A stretch of 64,000 nucleotides of DNA from Octopus vulgaris (GCA_951406725.2 OX597814.1:2914001-2978000), one strand, 5' to 3'; counted from the first letter of the stretch, positions 27,157 to 40,502 are shown. Translations and numbers: made by a program. The notes: generated from the sequence alone by a model not told the origin.

Positions 27157-27929
27157 TACATATTTTAATATGTGTGCGTAAATGTTTACACGCACATATA
27201 TAAATATCCACATACACGAACGAATACGCTTACACCCACAAAGACATGGATCCTCTTATTCTTGTCTTCGCTTCAGCTCAAAGTCTGTGGCCATGCTGGG
27301 GCATTGCCAGTTATATATAGGGTGTTTCAAAATTTTTGATATCATTTCGCAATCTAAATACTGTGCCAGTTCTTGTTCAAATGACTTCAAATTTTAACAG
27401 CATTTGTAGAAACAGGTCAAAATTTTATGTTTAATGTTTTAAATACGTTTATATTTTCAGGTAGAAAAATGGCATCCACTGGAAGAGATAAAGGTGTTTT
27501 GTGTCTTGGAGTGTGCTCGAACACAGTAGAACAAGACTGTGCAGCGTGCATTTGTGAGAGAGTTCTCTAAAAAGTCACCAACGGCAATGCAAATTTGGAC
27601 TGGGCATAAAAAATGCAAAGAAGAAGGCTATCTGTGCAGGGTAAAAGGATCTAGACGACCACTAGCTTCGGAAGAGACGGTCGAGCGGGTTCGCCAAAAA
27701 CTCTTGCGAAGTCCCAAAATGTTTATAAGAGGAACAAGTCAAGAAACCCAGATTCCTCCAACGACAGTTTGGGGCCTCCTGAGGAAACGCTATCTAAAGA
27801 AACCCTACAAGTTGCAGCTCGTTCAGACCATAACGGCAGATGAAATCGTTCATGGAATCCACATACCTTTGAATTTCTCATTCAAATTTGGAGGAATAAA
27901 TCTTATATTGCGTAAAATTAAACCTCTTT

Positions 27930-28337
27930 TTCTCTTTTTACTTGTTTCAGTCATTTGACTGCGGCCATGCTGGAGCACCGCCTTTAGTCGATCAAATCGA
28001 CCCCGGGACTTATTCTTTGTAAGCCCAGTACTTATTCTATCGGTCACTTTTTTGCCGAACCGCTAAGTGACGGGGACGTAAACACACCACCATCGGTTGT
28101 CAAGCAATGTTGGGGGGGACAAACACAGACACACAAACATACACACACACATATATATATACACACATATATACGACAGGCTTCTTTCAGTTTCCGTCTA
28201 CCAAATCCACTCACAAGGCATTGGTCGGCCCGAGGCTATAGCAGAAGACACTTGCCCAAGATGCCTCGCAGTGGGACTGAACCCGAAACCATGTGGTTTG
28301 TTAGCAAGCTACTTACCACACAGCCACTCCTGCGCCT
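27930..28337 (-). mobile_element. SINE family B, full-length, nested in the mariner relic
   Basis: Matches 6596-7020. Confidence 0.9.
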
Positions 28338-28359
28338 GTTTAGTTTCATTTGCTTTGAC

Positions 28360-28900
28360 TTAGAAACTTAGATGAAACTTAGATATGCTTCGACCAAAGA
28401 TTAGTCCAGGCCATGTCTAACTTGATAGCACCACCTGATAGGATTATCTAAATCCTGTTTAAGTGAAGTTTTGTGGTATTATGGTCCATTCAAGTAGTGA
28501 GTTCTTGTTAAGTGAGTTGTTTCCAGGTATGGGGTGCTTATCCGGTATTCCTTGAAGAAATCTGTTCAGATTCCGTTTAAGGGTGATGGGATCCTTTTCT
28601 TCTTTGATCTCTTTCGGGACAATGTTAAATAGGGCAGGGCCTGTTGAGGAAAAGAAATTATGTCGCAGTGTACCTATATGCTGTGGTCCCAGCCTTGGAT
28701 GAACCTTGAAACTAATGTTCAGGTCGTTTGGGCAATGCTGGCGGTATATTCTCCACACCGTACAAATGATGTACCTCTCGCGGCGGCGCGGGAGAGAGTA
28801 GAGTTTCAAGGCTTTAAGGAGGTCCCAGTAATCGAGATCAGTCATGCCTTCAATTCGTTTAGTGAGTGCCCTCTGGGGTGATTCAATCCTCGAGATGTTG
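28360..28900 (-). mobile_element. CR1-like LINE 3' fragment nested in the mariner relic
   Basis: DYWDLLKALKLYSLPRRRERYII...GPALFNIVPKEI...LKRNLNRFLQGIPD is typical of a CR1-group ORF2 C-terminus; short-repeat tail. Confidence 0.75.
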
Positions 28901-29361
28901 TAGCTTCTGTGATATTTACATCTTAAATGGTATCAAATTTTTTGAAACACCCTGTACTTATATTCATATGAATGTAACTTTTTATGACAAGTTATGCATG
29001 TAAATACAATTTGACATTAAACTGAAGAATCCCTTAATATAATTCTGTAGAGTACATACATATTATAGGTTTACAAAAAGTGGGGTTACAGCAACTTCGA
29101 AGTTTCTGTCTACCAGGAGTCATAGGAAGACTAGAAACTGTCACCCAACTACTTCGTGTAAAAGTTTTGCATACATGTATATGTATGTGTGTTTGTGTGT
29201 GAGCGAGAGAGAGAGAGAAAGAGAGTACGAGAGAGCCTTGTGTATGTGTGTGTGAGTGCGCGTGCGCGTTTTTGTGTGTGTGTGTGTATACACTCAGACA
29301 TAAATATATAGATGAATGTGTGTGCCCATATCAGTCTATGTATGAGCTTATGCCTACATAT

Positions 29362-29524
29362 AGGTGCAGGAGTGGCTGTGTGGTAAGTAGCTTGCTAACC
29401 AGCCACATAGTTCCGGGTTCAGTCCCACTGCGTGGCATCTTGGGCAAGTGTCTTCTGCTATAGCCCCGGGCCGACCAATGCCTCGTGAGTGGATTTGGTA
29501 GACGAAAACTGAAAGAAGCCTGTC

Positions 29525-29601
<77 letters not shown>

Positions 29602-29823
29602 TGTGTGTTTGTGTGTCTGTGTTTGTTCCCCTAGCATTGCTTGACAACCGATGCTGGTGTGTTTACGTCCCCGTCACTTAGCGGTTCGGCAAAAGAAACC
29701 GATAGAATAAGTACTGGGCTTAAAAAGAATAAGTCCCGGGGTCCAGTTGCTCGACTAAAGGCGGGCTCCAGCATGGCCGCAGTCAAATGACTGAAACAAG
29801 TAAAAGAGTAAAAGAAAAAGAGT
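29362..29823 (+). mobile_element. SINE family B, full-length
   Basis: Matches family B, with an expanded internal microsatellite. Confidence 0.9.
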
Positions 29824-30172
29824 ATATGTAGACTATAAAATAAATATGACTAACTTAAAATAACCTTCATATGGCTGTAGTAGTCCTGGGCTACTTGCTT
29901 TCAAGTATTTTCATTATATCGACCGCAGAGCTTATTGAGGGTAGCGATGTTGAGAACTGGCATTGAGGTAAACAAAATCTAACGGCAGCAGTATGGTACG
30001 ATGGTACGGTGTTGTATTTCTCTCGACTCTGACAGAAAATTTTAAAAAATTTTCCTCTTCATGGAGTGATCATGGCACAAACCAGCCGTCAACTGATGCC
30101 ACATTAAAATAGTTGAAACGGTTGTTATGGATGTATGAATGGTAGGTACACCAAAGTAACGGTTACAATATA

Positions 30173-30405
30173 AGGCGGCGAGCTGGCAGAAACGTTAGCA
30201 CGCCGGGCGAAATGCTTTGTGGTATTTCGTCTGTCGTTACGTTGTGAGTTCAAATTCCGCCGAGGTCGACTTTGCCTTTCATCCTTCCGGGGTCGATAAA
30301 TAAAGTACCAGTTTCGCACTGGGGTCGATGTAATCGGCTTAATCCGTTTGTCTGTCCTTGTTTGTCCCCTCTGTGTTTAGCCCCTTGTGGGTAATAGAGA
30401 AATAA
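30173..30405 (+). mobile_element. SINE family C, monomer
   Basis: AAGGCGGCGAGCTGGCAG...GTGGGTAATAGAGAAATA. Confidence 0.9.
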
Positions 30406-30580
30406 ATATTACTGTGGAAGTCCCATGTATGGATAGTAATTCTGTGTTAGGTTCATGATATAGGTCACGTGACAATATGAACGTTACGCGCGACAAAAGT
30501 CAAGTGAAATGGTAAATAGTTTCAACTTACCAAACGTTGACGGTTGTCTTATCTTTGTTCGGAATTGGAACAAAGATATA

Positions 30581-30753
30581 GGCGCAGAAGTGGCTGGGTG
30601 GTAAGTAGCTTGCTTACCAACCACATGGTTCCGGGTTCAGTCCCACTGCGTGGCACCTTGGGCAAGTGTCTTCTACTATAGCCCCGGGCCGACCAAAGCC
30701 TTGTGAGTGGATTTGGTAGACGGAAACTGAAAGAAGCCCGTTGTATATATGTA

Positions 30754-30796
<43 letters not shown>

Positions 30797-31024
30797 GTGT
30801 GTGTTTGTATGTCTGTGTTTGTCCCCCTAGCATTGCTTGACAACCGATGGTGGTGTGTTTGTGTCCCCGTCACTTAGCGGTTCGGCAAAAGAGACCGATA
30901 GAATAAGTTCTGGGCTTACAAAAAGAATAAGTCCCGGGGTCGAGTTGCTCGATTAAAAGGCGGTGCTCCAGCATGGCCGCGGTCAGATGACTGAAACAAG
31001 TAAAAGAGTAAAAGAGTAAAGAGT
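30581..31024 (+). mobile_element. SINE family B, full-length
   Basis: Matches family B. Confidence 0.9.
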
Positions 31025-31086
31025 CAAATCAAACTGAGACCAAATTTGGCACTCTTACTTTCCGGCTGTATGAAATATAGTACGGA

Positions 31087-31142
<56 letters not shown>

Positions 31143-31169
31143 GTATATGCATGTAAATATGCATATGTA

Positions 31170-31385
31170 TATGTTTGTGTGCCTGTGTTTGTCCCCCCAA
31201 CATCGCTTGACAACCGATGTTGGTGTTTTTACGTCCCCGTAAATTAACAGTTCGGCAAAAGAGACCGATAGAATAAGTACTAGGCTTACAAAGAATAATT
31301 CCCAGTGTCGATTTGCTCGACTAAAGGTGATGCTCCAGTATGGTCACAGTCAAATGACTGAAACAAGTAAAAACAAAAAAGAGTA
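31170..31385 (+). mobile_element. SINE family B, 3' half
   Basis: GTGTTTGTCCCCCC...GACTGAAACAAGTAAAA. Confidence 0.8.
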
Positions 31386-31507
31386 TATACACATATGCAT
31401 GAACAGACAGACTGACTGACTGACGGACAGACTGATAAGCTGGCAGATAGATTAATGTATGTATGTATGTATGTATGTATGTATGTATGTATGTATGTCT
31501 GCACATA

Positions 31508-31901
31508 TTTTTATATATAAAAGAAAGGTTGTGTGTCTGTCTACTCCGATTTAGATTCCTAACTACTCCCACATTTTGCGGTGCAGTTTAACCAAAACCG
31601 GGTATCTTATAGTCGTGATTCATATCAAGCCCTTCCGGGTATTAGCGCGCGTCTACGATGAGTCTACGATTTTTAAAATAATTTACCATCATTTTTTTCC
31701 ATTTTAATGCATATTTTTTTTAATATAAGGGAAGTAACTCTCTAAAAATGTCTACGATGAGTCAACGATTTAAAAAAAAATTTACCATAATTCTTTTTCC
31801 ATTTTTAATGCATTTTTTGCTAATTTTTGGCTATAACTCTCTAAAAGTGCTTTATAGTTATTTCCCTTACAAACCCGAGCAACGCCGGGCGATACTGCTA
31901 G
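31508..31901 (+). mobile_element. Non-autonomous Helitron, copy 2
   Basis: Same 3' hairpin CCCGAGCAACGCCGGG plus CTAG|T as copy 1; internal duplication of TCTACGATGAGTC...TTTACCAT...CCATTTT. Confidence 0.7.
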
Positions 31902-32339
31902 TATGTATATATATATACGCAACTACTTCATAGAGCAACCCGTTTGTACTTTCCCCTCTTTCTTTAGTCTAACTGACTCCCATAGAAGCCATCTTTGAAC
32001 ATAAAACATAAATATATTCATTACGAAGAAATCACTATTTATTGACTTAACCTTCGAGTGTCAAAATATCTGCTACATTTGTCTTGTTGTTTTTTTTTAT
32101 ATTCCCGATTATTGGCCATCATAAGAGCGTTGTTATTATAATTATTTTATAACCATGGCCGCCATGCATATATTTGCATATGTTTATGCGGTGCTTATTA
32201 TTTTGCCTTGTCAATATATTCATCAATTTATTGAAAAGAAAATGTATTCACATAGACATCGAGTGTATGTTTTGTTGCTATCGTAGATTCGGTCCAAACT
32301 GGATGACCACGTATACTTAAATACAATTCTTTCATTTTT

Positions 32340-32585
32340 ACTGTCATCCTTTTCTTGTTTCAATCTCATTTGATTACGGCCATACTGTGGCACCGCTTTG
32401 AAAAGCTTTAGTCGAACTGACCGGCATTAGTACGTGTGTATTCCATTTCTATAAGGGTGGCATTTATCCAATCGGTTCCCCTTGTCGGACCGCTAAATAA
32501 TGGGGTCTTAAATAAGCCAGCACCTGTTGTCAAGCGGTGGTGGTGGAGGGTGACAAACACATCCACGAAGACAAACACACACACA
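32340..32585 (-). mobile_element. Diverged SINE family B 3' half
   Basis: CATTTGATTACGGCCATACTG..CACCGC...TTGTCAAGCG..AAACACAC. Confidence 0.55.
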
Positions 32586-32621
32586 TACATAGACATATAT
32601 ATTATGTATATATTATGTTTG

Positions 32622-33060
32622 TTCAGTTTTATTTCCAGATTTCTTTGCCAATAGATAAAGAGACGATTTCTAACCTAGATCTCCATTGGAATTTCAACTT
32701 CATCAACAGGGTATTTTTGTTTGTATGTATGTATACATGCATGTATGTATATGTGAAGATTTGTATGCTTTGTTTTATGTATGTATTCTCATGCGTATAG
32801 TTGCATATCTAGACATGCTCATATATATTTAAATGATAAACTTTATAGATTTTTACAGTTCCAGTGATGGATTGGATCTGTGGTCTTCGAATTAGCTTTC
32901 TCCTTCCTGATTTTAAGAAGCCTAATTTCTCAAGATTGGTATTTAGGCAGTGTGTTACATATTCCAGGGCCCCAATAATTACAGGTATAAACCTGAACTT
33001 GTAATCTGGATAGTGTAACTTCAGATTTCTCAATAGTTCAGAGTAGATGTTCTCTTTTTC
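32622..33060 (-). mobile_element. RLE-type LINE 3' end, second copy, adjoining (TATG)n
   Basis: EKENIYSELLRNLKLHYPDYKFRFIPVIIGALEYVTHCLNTNLEKLGF; its 3' UTR is homologous to 5280-5524. Confidence 0.7.
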
Positions 33061-33443
33061 ATGTATGCATGTATGCATGTATGTATTATGTATGTATGTA
33101 CGCGTGTATGTATGTATGTGTGTGTGTATGTAACCTTCTTACTAGCCTGACCTCAAATTCCGACTAGCAGGAGGTTGACCTTTATTTAAACATCTCATCG
33201 CAAATCCAAAAGTGGGCAACAATGGACAACTGGTTCGTGGGGCATTGTTTTTGTAATCTACATTCCAACGATCTTTGCAACTTTGTTATAAACCAACCTG
33301 GGTCACGAACTGAAGGTTAAAGAGTGCTTTTATATCTGCGCCTAGTTCCAGGTTTAACGTCCCTATAAACTTACACACGTATATACGTTTGTATAAATAT
33401 ATAATTTATATATGTGTGTGTGTGCGTGTGTATATATGTGAGT

Positions 33444-33513
<70 letters not shown>

Positions 33514-33543
33514 CAAAGCTTTTGCAAAAATCATTTCACAGTT

Positions 33544-33976
33544 GGCGCAGGAGTGGCTGTGTAGTAAGTAGCTTGCTTACCAACCACATGCTTCCGAGTT
33601 CAGTCCCACTGCGTGGCACATTGGGCAAGTGTCTTCTACTATAGCCTCGGGTTGACCAAAGCCTTGTGAGTGGATTTGGTAGACGGAAACTGAAAGAAGC
33701 CCGTCGTGTATATGTATATGTATGTAGGTGTGTGTGTGTGTGTCTGTGTGTTTGTTTGTCCCCCCTCCCAACATCGCTTGACAACTGATGCTGCTGTGTT
33801 TGCGTCCCCGTAACTTAGCGGTTCGGCAAGAGAGACCGATAGAATAAGTATTAGGTTTACAAAGAATAAATTTCGGGGTCGATTTGCTCGACCAAAGGCG
33901 GTGCTCCAACATGTCCGAAGTCAATGACTGAAACAAGTAAAAGAGTAAAAGAGTAAAAGAGTAAAAGAATAAAGAG
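33544..33976 (+). mobile_element. SINE family B, full-length
   Basis: Matches family B. Confidence 0.9.
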
Positions 33977-34079
33977 TTATAATAATGAAAAAATATTATT
34001 TAAAGCCTGATTAGAAATCAAATTTCTTTAAGAGACTCTCAGTAACCTTAACGATAGAAGAAGTTTGCGTATAATGTGT

Positions 34080-35830
34080 ACATTTTGTGTACTGTGTGCA
34101 TTGTGTGGACGAGCGCCTTCTTTATTCAGCTTTTTATACACACATGTTCCGGACTAATGCGTATAGAGGAAGTTGTTTTCAGTAATGGAGTTGACTATTT
34201 CCGGTTTAGAATTCTTATAAATTATTCTGGGTTTTTTTTTTACCTAGTTGACCATTTTTTTTTTATTGTTTAAAAGGGGAATATTTGAATTTTCCCACTT
34301 GTGCTAATGTCTCGATGTTTCCCACAAGGAAGATTTCCAAGAGATGAATGTTTGAATTGTTGTTTGTGCATCCTCGCACGTTTCGTTGGTTTTGTTCCAT
34401 TTTCTCTAATATAATTATCGTTGCATTGTAGGAATGTGGTGCTGTACATGAGACTTTTTGCTTTGCAGTTCATGTTTGCATTCACTTTCAAATCCTCCCC
34501 GTCCTTATATCTTTTAGTTGCTCCATGTTCAATTATTTCACAAAACAAAAGCAAATCACTCCACCATGAAGAAATCAACACATCAAGATAGAAGGACAAA
34601 TTTTTCAGCGAAACAAGGGTATCTTTAAAAAGTAGCAAAATGCCGAAGTAGATGGCATAACGGCCGGACGAATTTGTTCCGAAGCAATAGAATAACTGAA
34701 ATACAAGATACGAATGGTCTCAGTGAGGCCTGCAGAGTAATTCTGTACCGACGCTATTATTGTTGGTTGAGACATTCTCACAGTAAACGATTGTTACCTT
34801 GAAGACATTTACCGTTTGGAGAGTATGTTCTTTTATCGAGAAACTTGCGGTAATGTGAGAAATCGTTTGTTGGGGGATGTCTAGCTTTTTCCAATTAAAT
34901 CTGACTAAGGAAGAGACGAAACTGTCTGTGCAGCTATAATTAACTTTGATGTTATGCGTGTTAAAAATTTTGTGGTCGTTAGGAAATTGTTTGTTTATGA
35001 AGTTTGGGAAAGGGCCTGGCAATATTGGTTTTAACGTTTAAATTGAAAGGCAAATTATACGATATATTATTTCTTTTCCTGGTTTCTTGCGACCGGATTT
35101 CTTCTATCCTATAGCTAAAACCCTGTCTTTCCAGGTCCCCCTAAAATGTAGCAGCACGATCAGATGTTTCTTTAGTGGATGAAATTTACTAATGTTTATT
35201 GACAAGTTCTTGGTAATACAAGGTGGCTGGTAAGGGTTTTTAACATAGCATGACCTCATTGGCATTTCTATATGTATTGTAGGTTTCAAATATTAGGTTC
35301 ATAATGATGTCTAAGAAGTTTAATATGATAGTGTTGGTACTAAGTGATTTTTAGTTCGAAGCTCCTCTAAATACCTTCGTTAAGTCTATTCTAAGACTGT
35401 CTGATTGATCTCCATTCCGACTGCGTGTTGATATAAGTCTGGCATCTCTGTACAGCCGTGTCGCTATAAAGTTGAATCTAAATATTATATTGTCTAAAAT
35501 AAATAGACCTTGGAACATCGAATAGCAATGGTCCGTTACACTTCACCCAGAAAGCAGCGTGCATAATGAAATCTATATCCAATTGTATTATCGAAGCATA
35601 TTTGGACAAAGGCTTCTAAAAAAAAAATGCCTATCGGTGATAAAAGGGTGAAAAGCTATTGTGTGAAATTGCATGAATTTACAGTTTCGTTTCTATTTTT
35701 TTTCTGTAAATTTTCAAACCAATCTTTTACCGAGGAATTATCCTTCAAGGGTGAGGACGGTTTTTGTCATATTTTCTTATTGATAGAGTCTACTATAGGA
35801 CCTTCCTAATTCGGACATTCATCCTGGTAG
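34080..35830 (-). pseudogene. Penelope-like element relics (GIY-YIG endonuclease and RT C-terminal region), probably two fragments
   Basis: MNCKAKSLMYSTTFLQCNDNYIRENG..R..MH resembles a GIY-YIG domain. FPNFINKQFP..HKIFNTHNIKVNYSC resembles the PLE RT-EN linker. Many stops. Confidence 0.6.
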
Positions 35831-36629
35831 TGTTGAACCCTACCTTTTGAGGTCAGCTAAACGGAAATTTAATGAGACTCGGGGAGGCATTCTACCTTTT
35901 CATCTATTAATGACGATGATTCTTTCGCTTCAATACTAATATTACTGTATCCTGATGAGGATAATTTATGCATAGGTTTTAATAATGTTACTAGAGAGTA
36001 TCTCATTACACAGAGTTTTGCTCTACCTGATAGACATTTTCTGCTTTCAGCGGTGGGTATTCACAATCTATTGGATTTGCGAAAATGCTTCAAGTGATTT
36101 ATAAATACGAGTTCGCCTTTCTTGCCTGCATCACCAAACACGCGTGCACGCACACACACACACACACTGAGAAAGTCGCAAGAAGCTACGAAAGAGCTTT
36201 TGTTTGACAAACAAAAACAAAACAATCGGATATTTAATAAAGGAGTGGATCTGAACCAGCGCGTGTGCTAATTATACTAGCATGATGACTCTCATTAGAC
36301 ACATCAAAATTTGTTTCCACACAGGAATTCACATAAAGAATCTTGCAAACCAGATACATAATTCGAAATATATCTAGAACTCACTTGCAGATAAATTGAG
36401 ACCAATTTTAAGCAGTTGACTTAGTAAGTTTAACATTTAATTTTTTTGACAAAATCTTGCTTGAAAATCTAATCTTCTTCAGTTTTCAGGTAAATAGCGA
36501 AGTGATTCGACAATAGAAAGTCATGGAACAACAGAATCGTTCCACTATTATTGTTTTGGCCCACGACAGGCACACTGCCAATAAAATTATTAAGTTGATG
36601 GAACTTCCAAAAGCAACAGTTTATCGTGT

Positions 36630-36782
36630 ACATTATTTACATTGTTTACATTTGATGGATATTTGTCCTCATCTTGTTTGTTGTTAACACAACGTTTCGG
36701 CTGATACATCCTCCAGCCTTCATCAGGTTTCTTCGCGAAATTTCGAACCTAGGTTCTCATTCCTAAGGTATTTTTCGATGTT

Positions 36783-36785
<3 letters not shown>
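36630..36785 (-). mobile_element. Penelope-like terminus with minimal hammerhead motif
   Basis: Reverse strand CTGATGA-A-GGCTG..CAGCC-GAAACGTT-GTGTT (36686-36731); a degenerate sister copy lies at 48950-49085. Confidence 0.6.
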
Positions 36786-36854
<69 letters not shown>

Positions 36855-36857
<3 letters not shown>

Positions 36858-38451
36858 TAGTTTTATTTTTATAGCGTGCTTTCACTTCACTACCGAGCAC
36901 AGCTCTGTGTGCCTTGGGTATGTGCTGTGATTTGTTGTGATGCTCTGATGGTTATTGTATGGAAAGTGTTCTGCGTAGGATGTGTGCAGTGCCTAGTAGT
37001 GCAATTTTCTGTATGTTATATGTGTTTGTAAGTCCTGGTGTTTTTGTTATGTATTTGTCTGAATATTTTTTTATCATGCATAATGCACCTACTATGATAG
37101 GAATTGTTTCTGTATTCAGATTCCACATTCTAGTTACCTCTATTTCCAGGTCTTTGTATTTTGAGAGTTTCTCCATTTCTTTTAGAGACACGTTGTCATC
37201 AGCCGGTATTGATACATCAATTAGAAAGCATTTCTTTTCTTCATGATCTCTGACAACTATATCTGGTCTGTTGGCCTTAATTTCTCTATCTGCGTGTATC
37301 GGCATATCCCAGAGTATGGTTGCTTTCTCGTTTTCTGTGACCTTTTCTGGTGTGTGCCTATACCATCTTTTTTCTGTTGTTATTCCATAATGTTGGCATA
37401 GCTTCCAATATATGTAGGTTCCAACTCTGTCATGTCTGTGAATATATTCCTTCTTAGCCAAGACTGGGCAGCTAGAGATAATATGATTTATTGTTTCTTG
37501 TCCATCTCCACATATTCTACAGTTACTTGTAATATTTCTTTTCATTACATGTTTTTGGTAATTTCTGGTGGGGAGGCTTTGGTCTTGTGCTGCAATTAAA
37601 AATCCCTCTGTTTCTGCTTTGAGTCCTGAGCTTCTCAACCATTGCTGGGATTTTTCTTTGTCTATTTCTTTTGCGTTTAGTTTAGTCCAGTATTTACCAT
37701 GAAGGGGCTTTTCTTGCCATCGTTTTATCATGGTTCGTTGCTGTTCTATTTTTAGTTTGGATTTCATTTGTTTTATAGCTTTTGTTGTTTCTTCATCTTC
37801 TTCTTCTTCTTCATGTTTATTAGGTGGTATGATTTCTTGTTTGTATTTGTCAGCTTCCTTAAATACTGAGAACAGTTTTTTGTTTTGCTCGTGTTTTGCC
37901 GCTATGTGGATCAGTTTTCCTTCCTTCTGAAGTAGATATTTTTGCAGTCCTATGGTGGTTATTTTATAGTAGTTTTCCAGCTGTATAAGGCCTCTACCAC
38001 CTTCTATACGTTGTATATATAGTCTTTCTATGTCAGATTTTGGGTGATGCATCCTAGATCCTGTCATTATTTTTCTTGTTTTCCTATCTATTTTGGTCAG
38101 TTCATTTCGTGTCCAGTTAAGGATATTGTAGCTGTAACTTATAACTGAGACAGCTAAAGTGTTGATACCTATTATCTTGTTTTTAGCATTGAGCTCTGTG
38201 TTTAGTATTGATCTAACTCGTCTATAATATTCTTTTTTTATTTTCTCTTTCATTTGTGTGTGTTGTGTCTTATCTAGTTCATGGATTCCTAAGTATTTGT
38301 AAGTTGGGCTTTGGTCTAATTCTTTTATTTCATTGGTTTTATCTAGTGTGATGTTGTTACTCTTAACTAGTTTTCCTCTTTCAGGGTTACTTTGGCGCAT
38401 TTTTCTAATCCAAATTTCATATCTATTTCTTTGGTAAATCCATGAACTGTC

Positions 38452-38452
<1 letters not shown>
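36855..38452 (-). mobile_element. 5'-truncated R4/Dong-like non-LTR retrotransposon inserted in (TAA)n
   Basis: RT thumb, CRIC...H..SSC zinc motif, RHD, and NRPD...ID...K..KY restriction-like endonuclease. Pure (TAT)n arrays on both sides (36785-36854, 38453-38538). Confidence 0.9.
36952..38452 (-). CDS. R4-clade ORF, C-terminal part (RT thumb, CCHC, RLE)
   Basis: Open for about 475 codons. One frameshift near 38380 joins it to the upstream DMKFGLEKCAKV. The poly-N N-terminus in the ORF track is the flanking microsatellite. Confidence 0.85.
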
Positions 38453-38540
<88 letters not shown>

Positions 38541-39550
38541 ATGATAATAATAACCAAGAGATGCCCAAAGGTTTTTCATTCACCAAGCATCAAGGTGCAG
38601 GAAACTCTCGTGTTTGTGCACGAGGAATTTAATGTGGACGCTGAGGTGGATCACAGAAATTCTTGAATGATTGCATACAAACCTTCTGACGCCCTTTTCC
38701 CCCGCCACAGTGTTTGAAACTAAGAATCCTGCCTCTGTGATGGTATTTGAAGCCGTGGCGATTGATTGATGTGTCGTGGATCCAAACTTCATTCAGTCTG
38801 GCTACAAGATCGGCACAAAAAAGTATCCGCACATCCTGAAGAACTCTGTGTTACTTTGAACAGAGCAGAAGTTTGGGTTTGAAAATGTGGTGCTTATCCT
38901 GGATTCTGCACCACGCCATGGGTTACAAGCAACACAGGTCTTCCTTGGTGAAAAGGTATCAGTTTTGTGAGGGCCAACATCTGTCCCAGTAACACCCCAG
39001 ATTTCAACCTTCTCGACCACTTTTTATGAGGCGTACTTCAAGCAAAGACCAATGCTTCACCACACTCGAGTGTCAAGAGCATCGTGTGTGCGACAAATAA
39101 AGAGTGGGGGCCGCCAAAAATTTCCTTCTCGTGTGGGGGCAGTAATTGCCCAAAAGGGCGGCCATATTGAGTGATAAAATTTTTTTGGAATAAATGTTAC
39201 TATGAAATTATATGTCTACTATGATTATTTTAGTACCTATAACCAGATTTATGCATTGTAAAAATTGTCTCAATTTATCTGCAAGAACCTGTATATGTAC
39301 TATTGTCTTTATCTACAGTTATAATAAAATAATTTTTCATAAATCTGATGGATTACTGTATTGGCCGATACTTCGAAGTCACCATAAATAACTTTCATCT
39401 TTAAGAATAATATAAATGTAAGTGTGTGTATATGTGCGTGTGTGTGTGTGTGTGTGTATTCGTGTGTACACCCAATTATATATACATATAAATATATGCA
39501 TGTATATACGTATATATATGTATATATATATATACATATATATATACATA

Positions 39551-39628
<78 letters not shown>

Positions 39629-39703
39629 GCAAAATATTTATAAGGGATCAATATTATTATCATTTACAGAATTGTAAAATCGACACCTTTTACCAAATCA
39701 TTG

Positions 39704-39770
<67 letters not shown>

Positions 39771-40192
39771 GAATGGCTATACAAGCGCACAAGTATTTGT
39801 ACGTATGTGTGTTTAAATGGCCGTTGAAAGCGCATAGTTGTGCATATGTATGTATCGCTGTTTGTCTATAATGTGATATTCACGCTCCCCCATCTTTTAA
39901 AATGAATTTAGCACATACGATATAACAGATGATAACTCGAATAATATACAAGCCGTAAGTGTTGAATTGGTTTGTGTTACAAAAGGCGGCAAATTGAAAT
40001 GGCTGCTCGTGGAGTCACTGCTTCGTAGCAGATTTTTTATCACACTTTGAATTCTTATTTCTAAATACTTAGGACCATTTTCTACACACATGAGATGTAT
40101 AGAGGTGCATCACGTATATCGGAATCTGACAAAGTGTTATGATGCGTGCATGGAGATTAGGTATGTAAATACACACACACACACATATATAC

Positions 40193-40237
<45 letters not shown>

Positions 40238-40268
40238 CATTTATATATATATTTGTAAATCTATCTAT

Positions 40269-40337
<69 letters not shown>

Positions 40338-40409
40338 CACATACATACATACGTACATACATACATGCATACATATATATATGTATGTATATATATATAT
40401 ATATGTATG

Positions 40410-40444
<35 letters not shown>

Positions 40445-40445
40445 G

Positions 40446-40502
<57 letters not shown>

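Larger units (their letters stand above)
27318..28954 (+). mobile_element. Tc1/mariner relic with nested SINE and CR1-like insertions
   Basis: TIRs TAGGGTGTTTCAAAATTTTTGATATCATTT / AAATGGTATCAAATTTTTTGAAACACCCTG with TA flanks. Transposase N-terminal HTH region at about 27469-27845 (FCVLE...VQRAFVREF...ETVERVRQ..RSP...TTVWGLLRKR..KPYKLQLVQ). Confidence 0.8.
36378..39291 (+). mobile_element. maT (DD37D-like) Tc1/mariner relic hosting nested insertions
   Basis: TIRs CTTGCAGATAAATTGAGAC / GTCTCAATTTATCTGCAAGAACCTG-TA. N-terminal HTH MEQQNRSTII...LPKATVYRV at about 36523. Catalytic remnants LDSAPRH and PSNTPDFNLLDHF at about 38900-39025. Confidence 0.75.

Noticed and set aside
33131-33320. Possible piggyBac-like MITE (TAACCTTC...GAAGGTTAA)
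   Set aside because: The inverted match is only about 8 bp and the left TTAA is imperfect.
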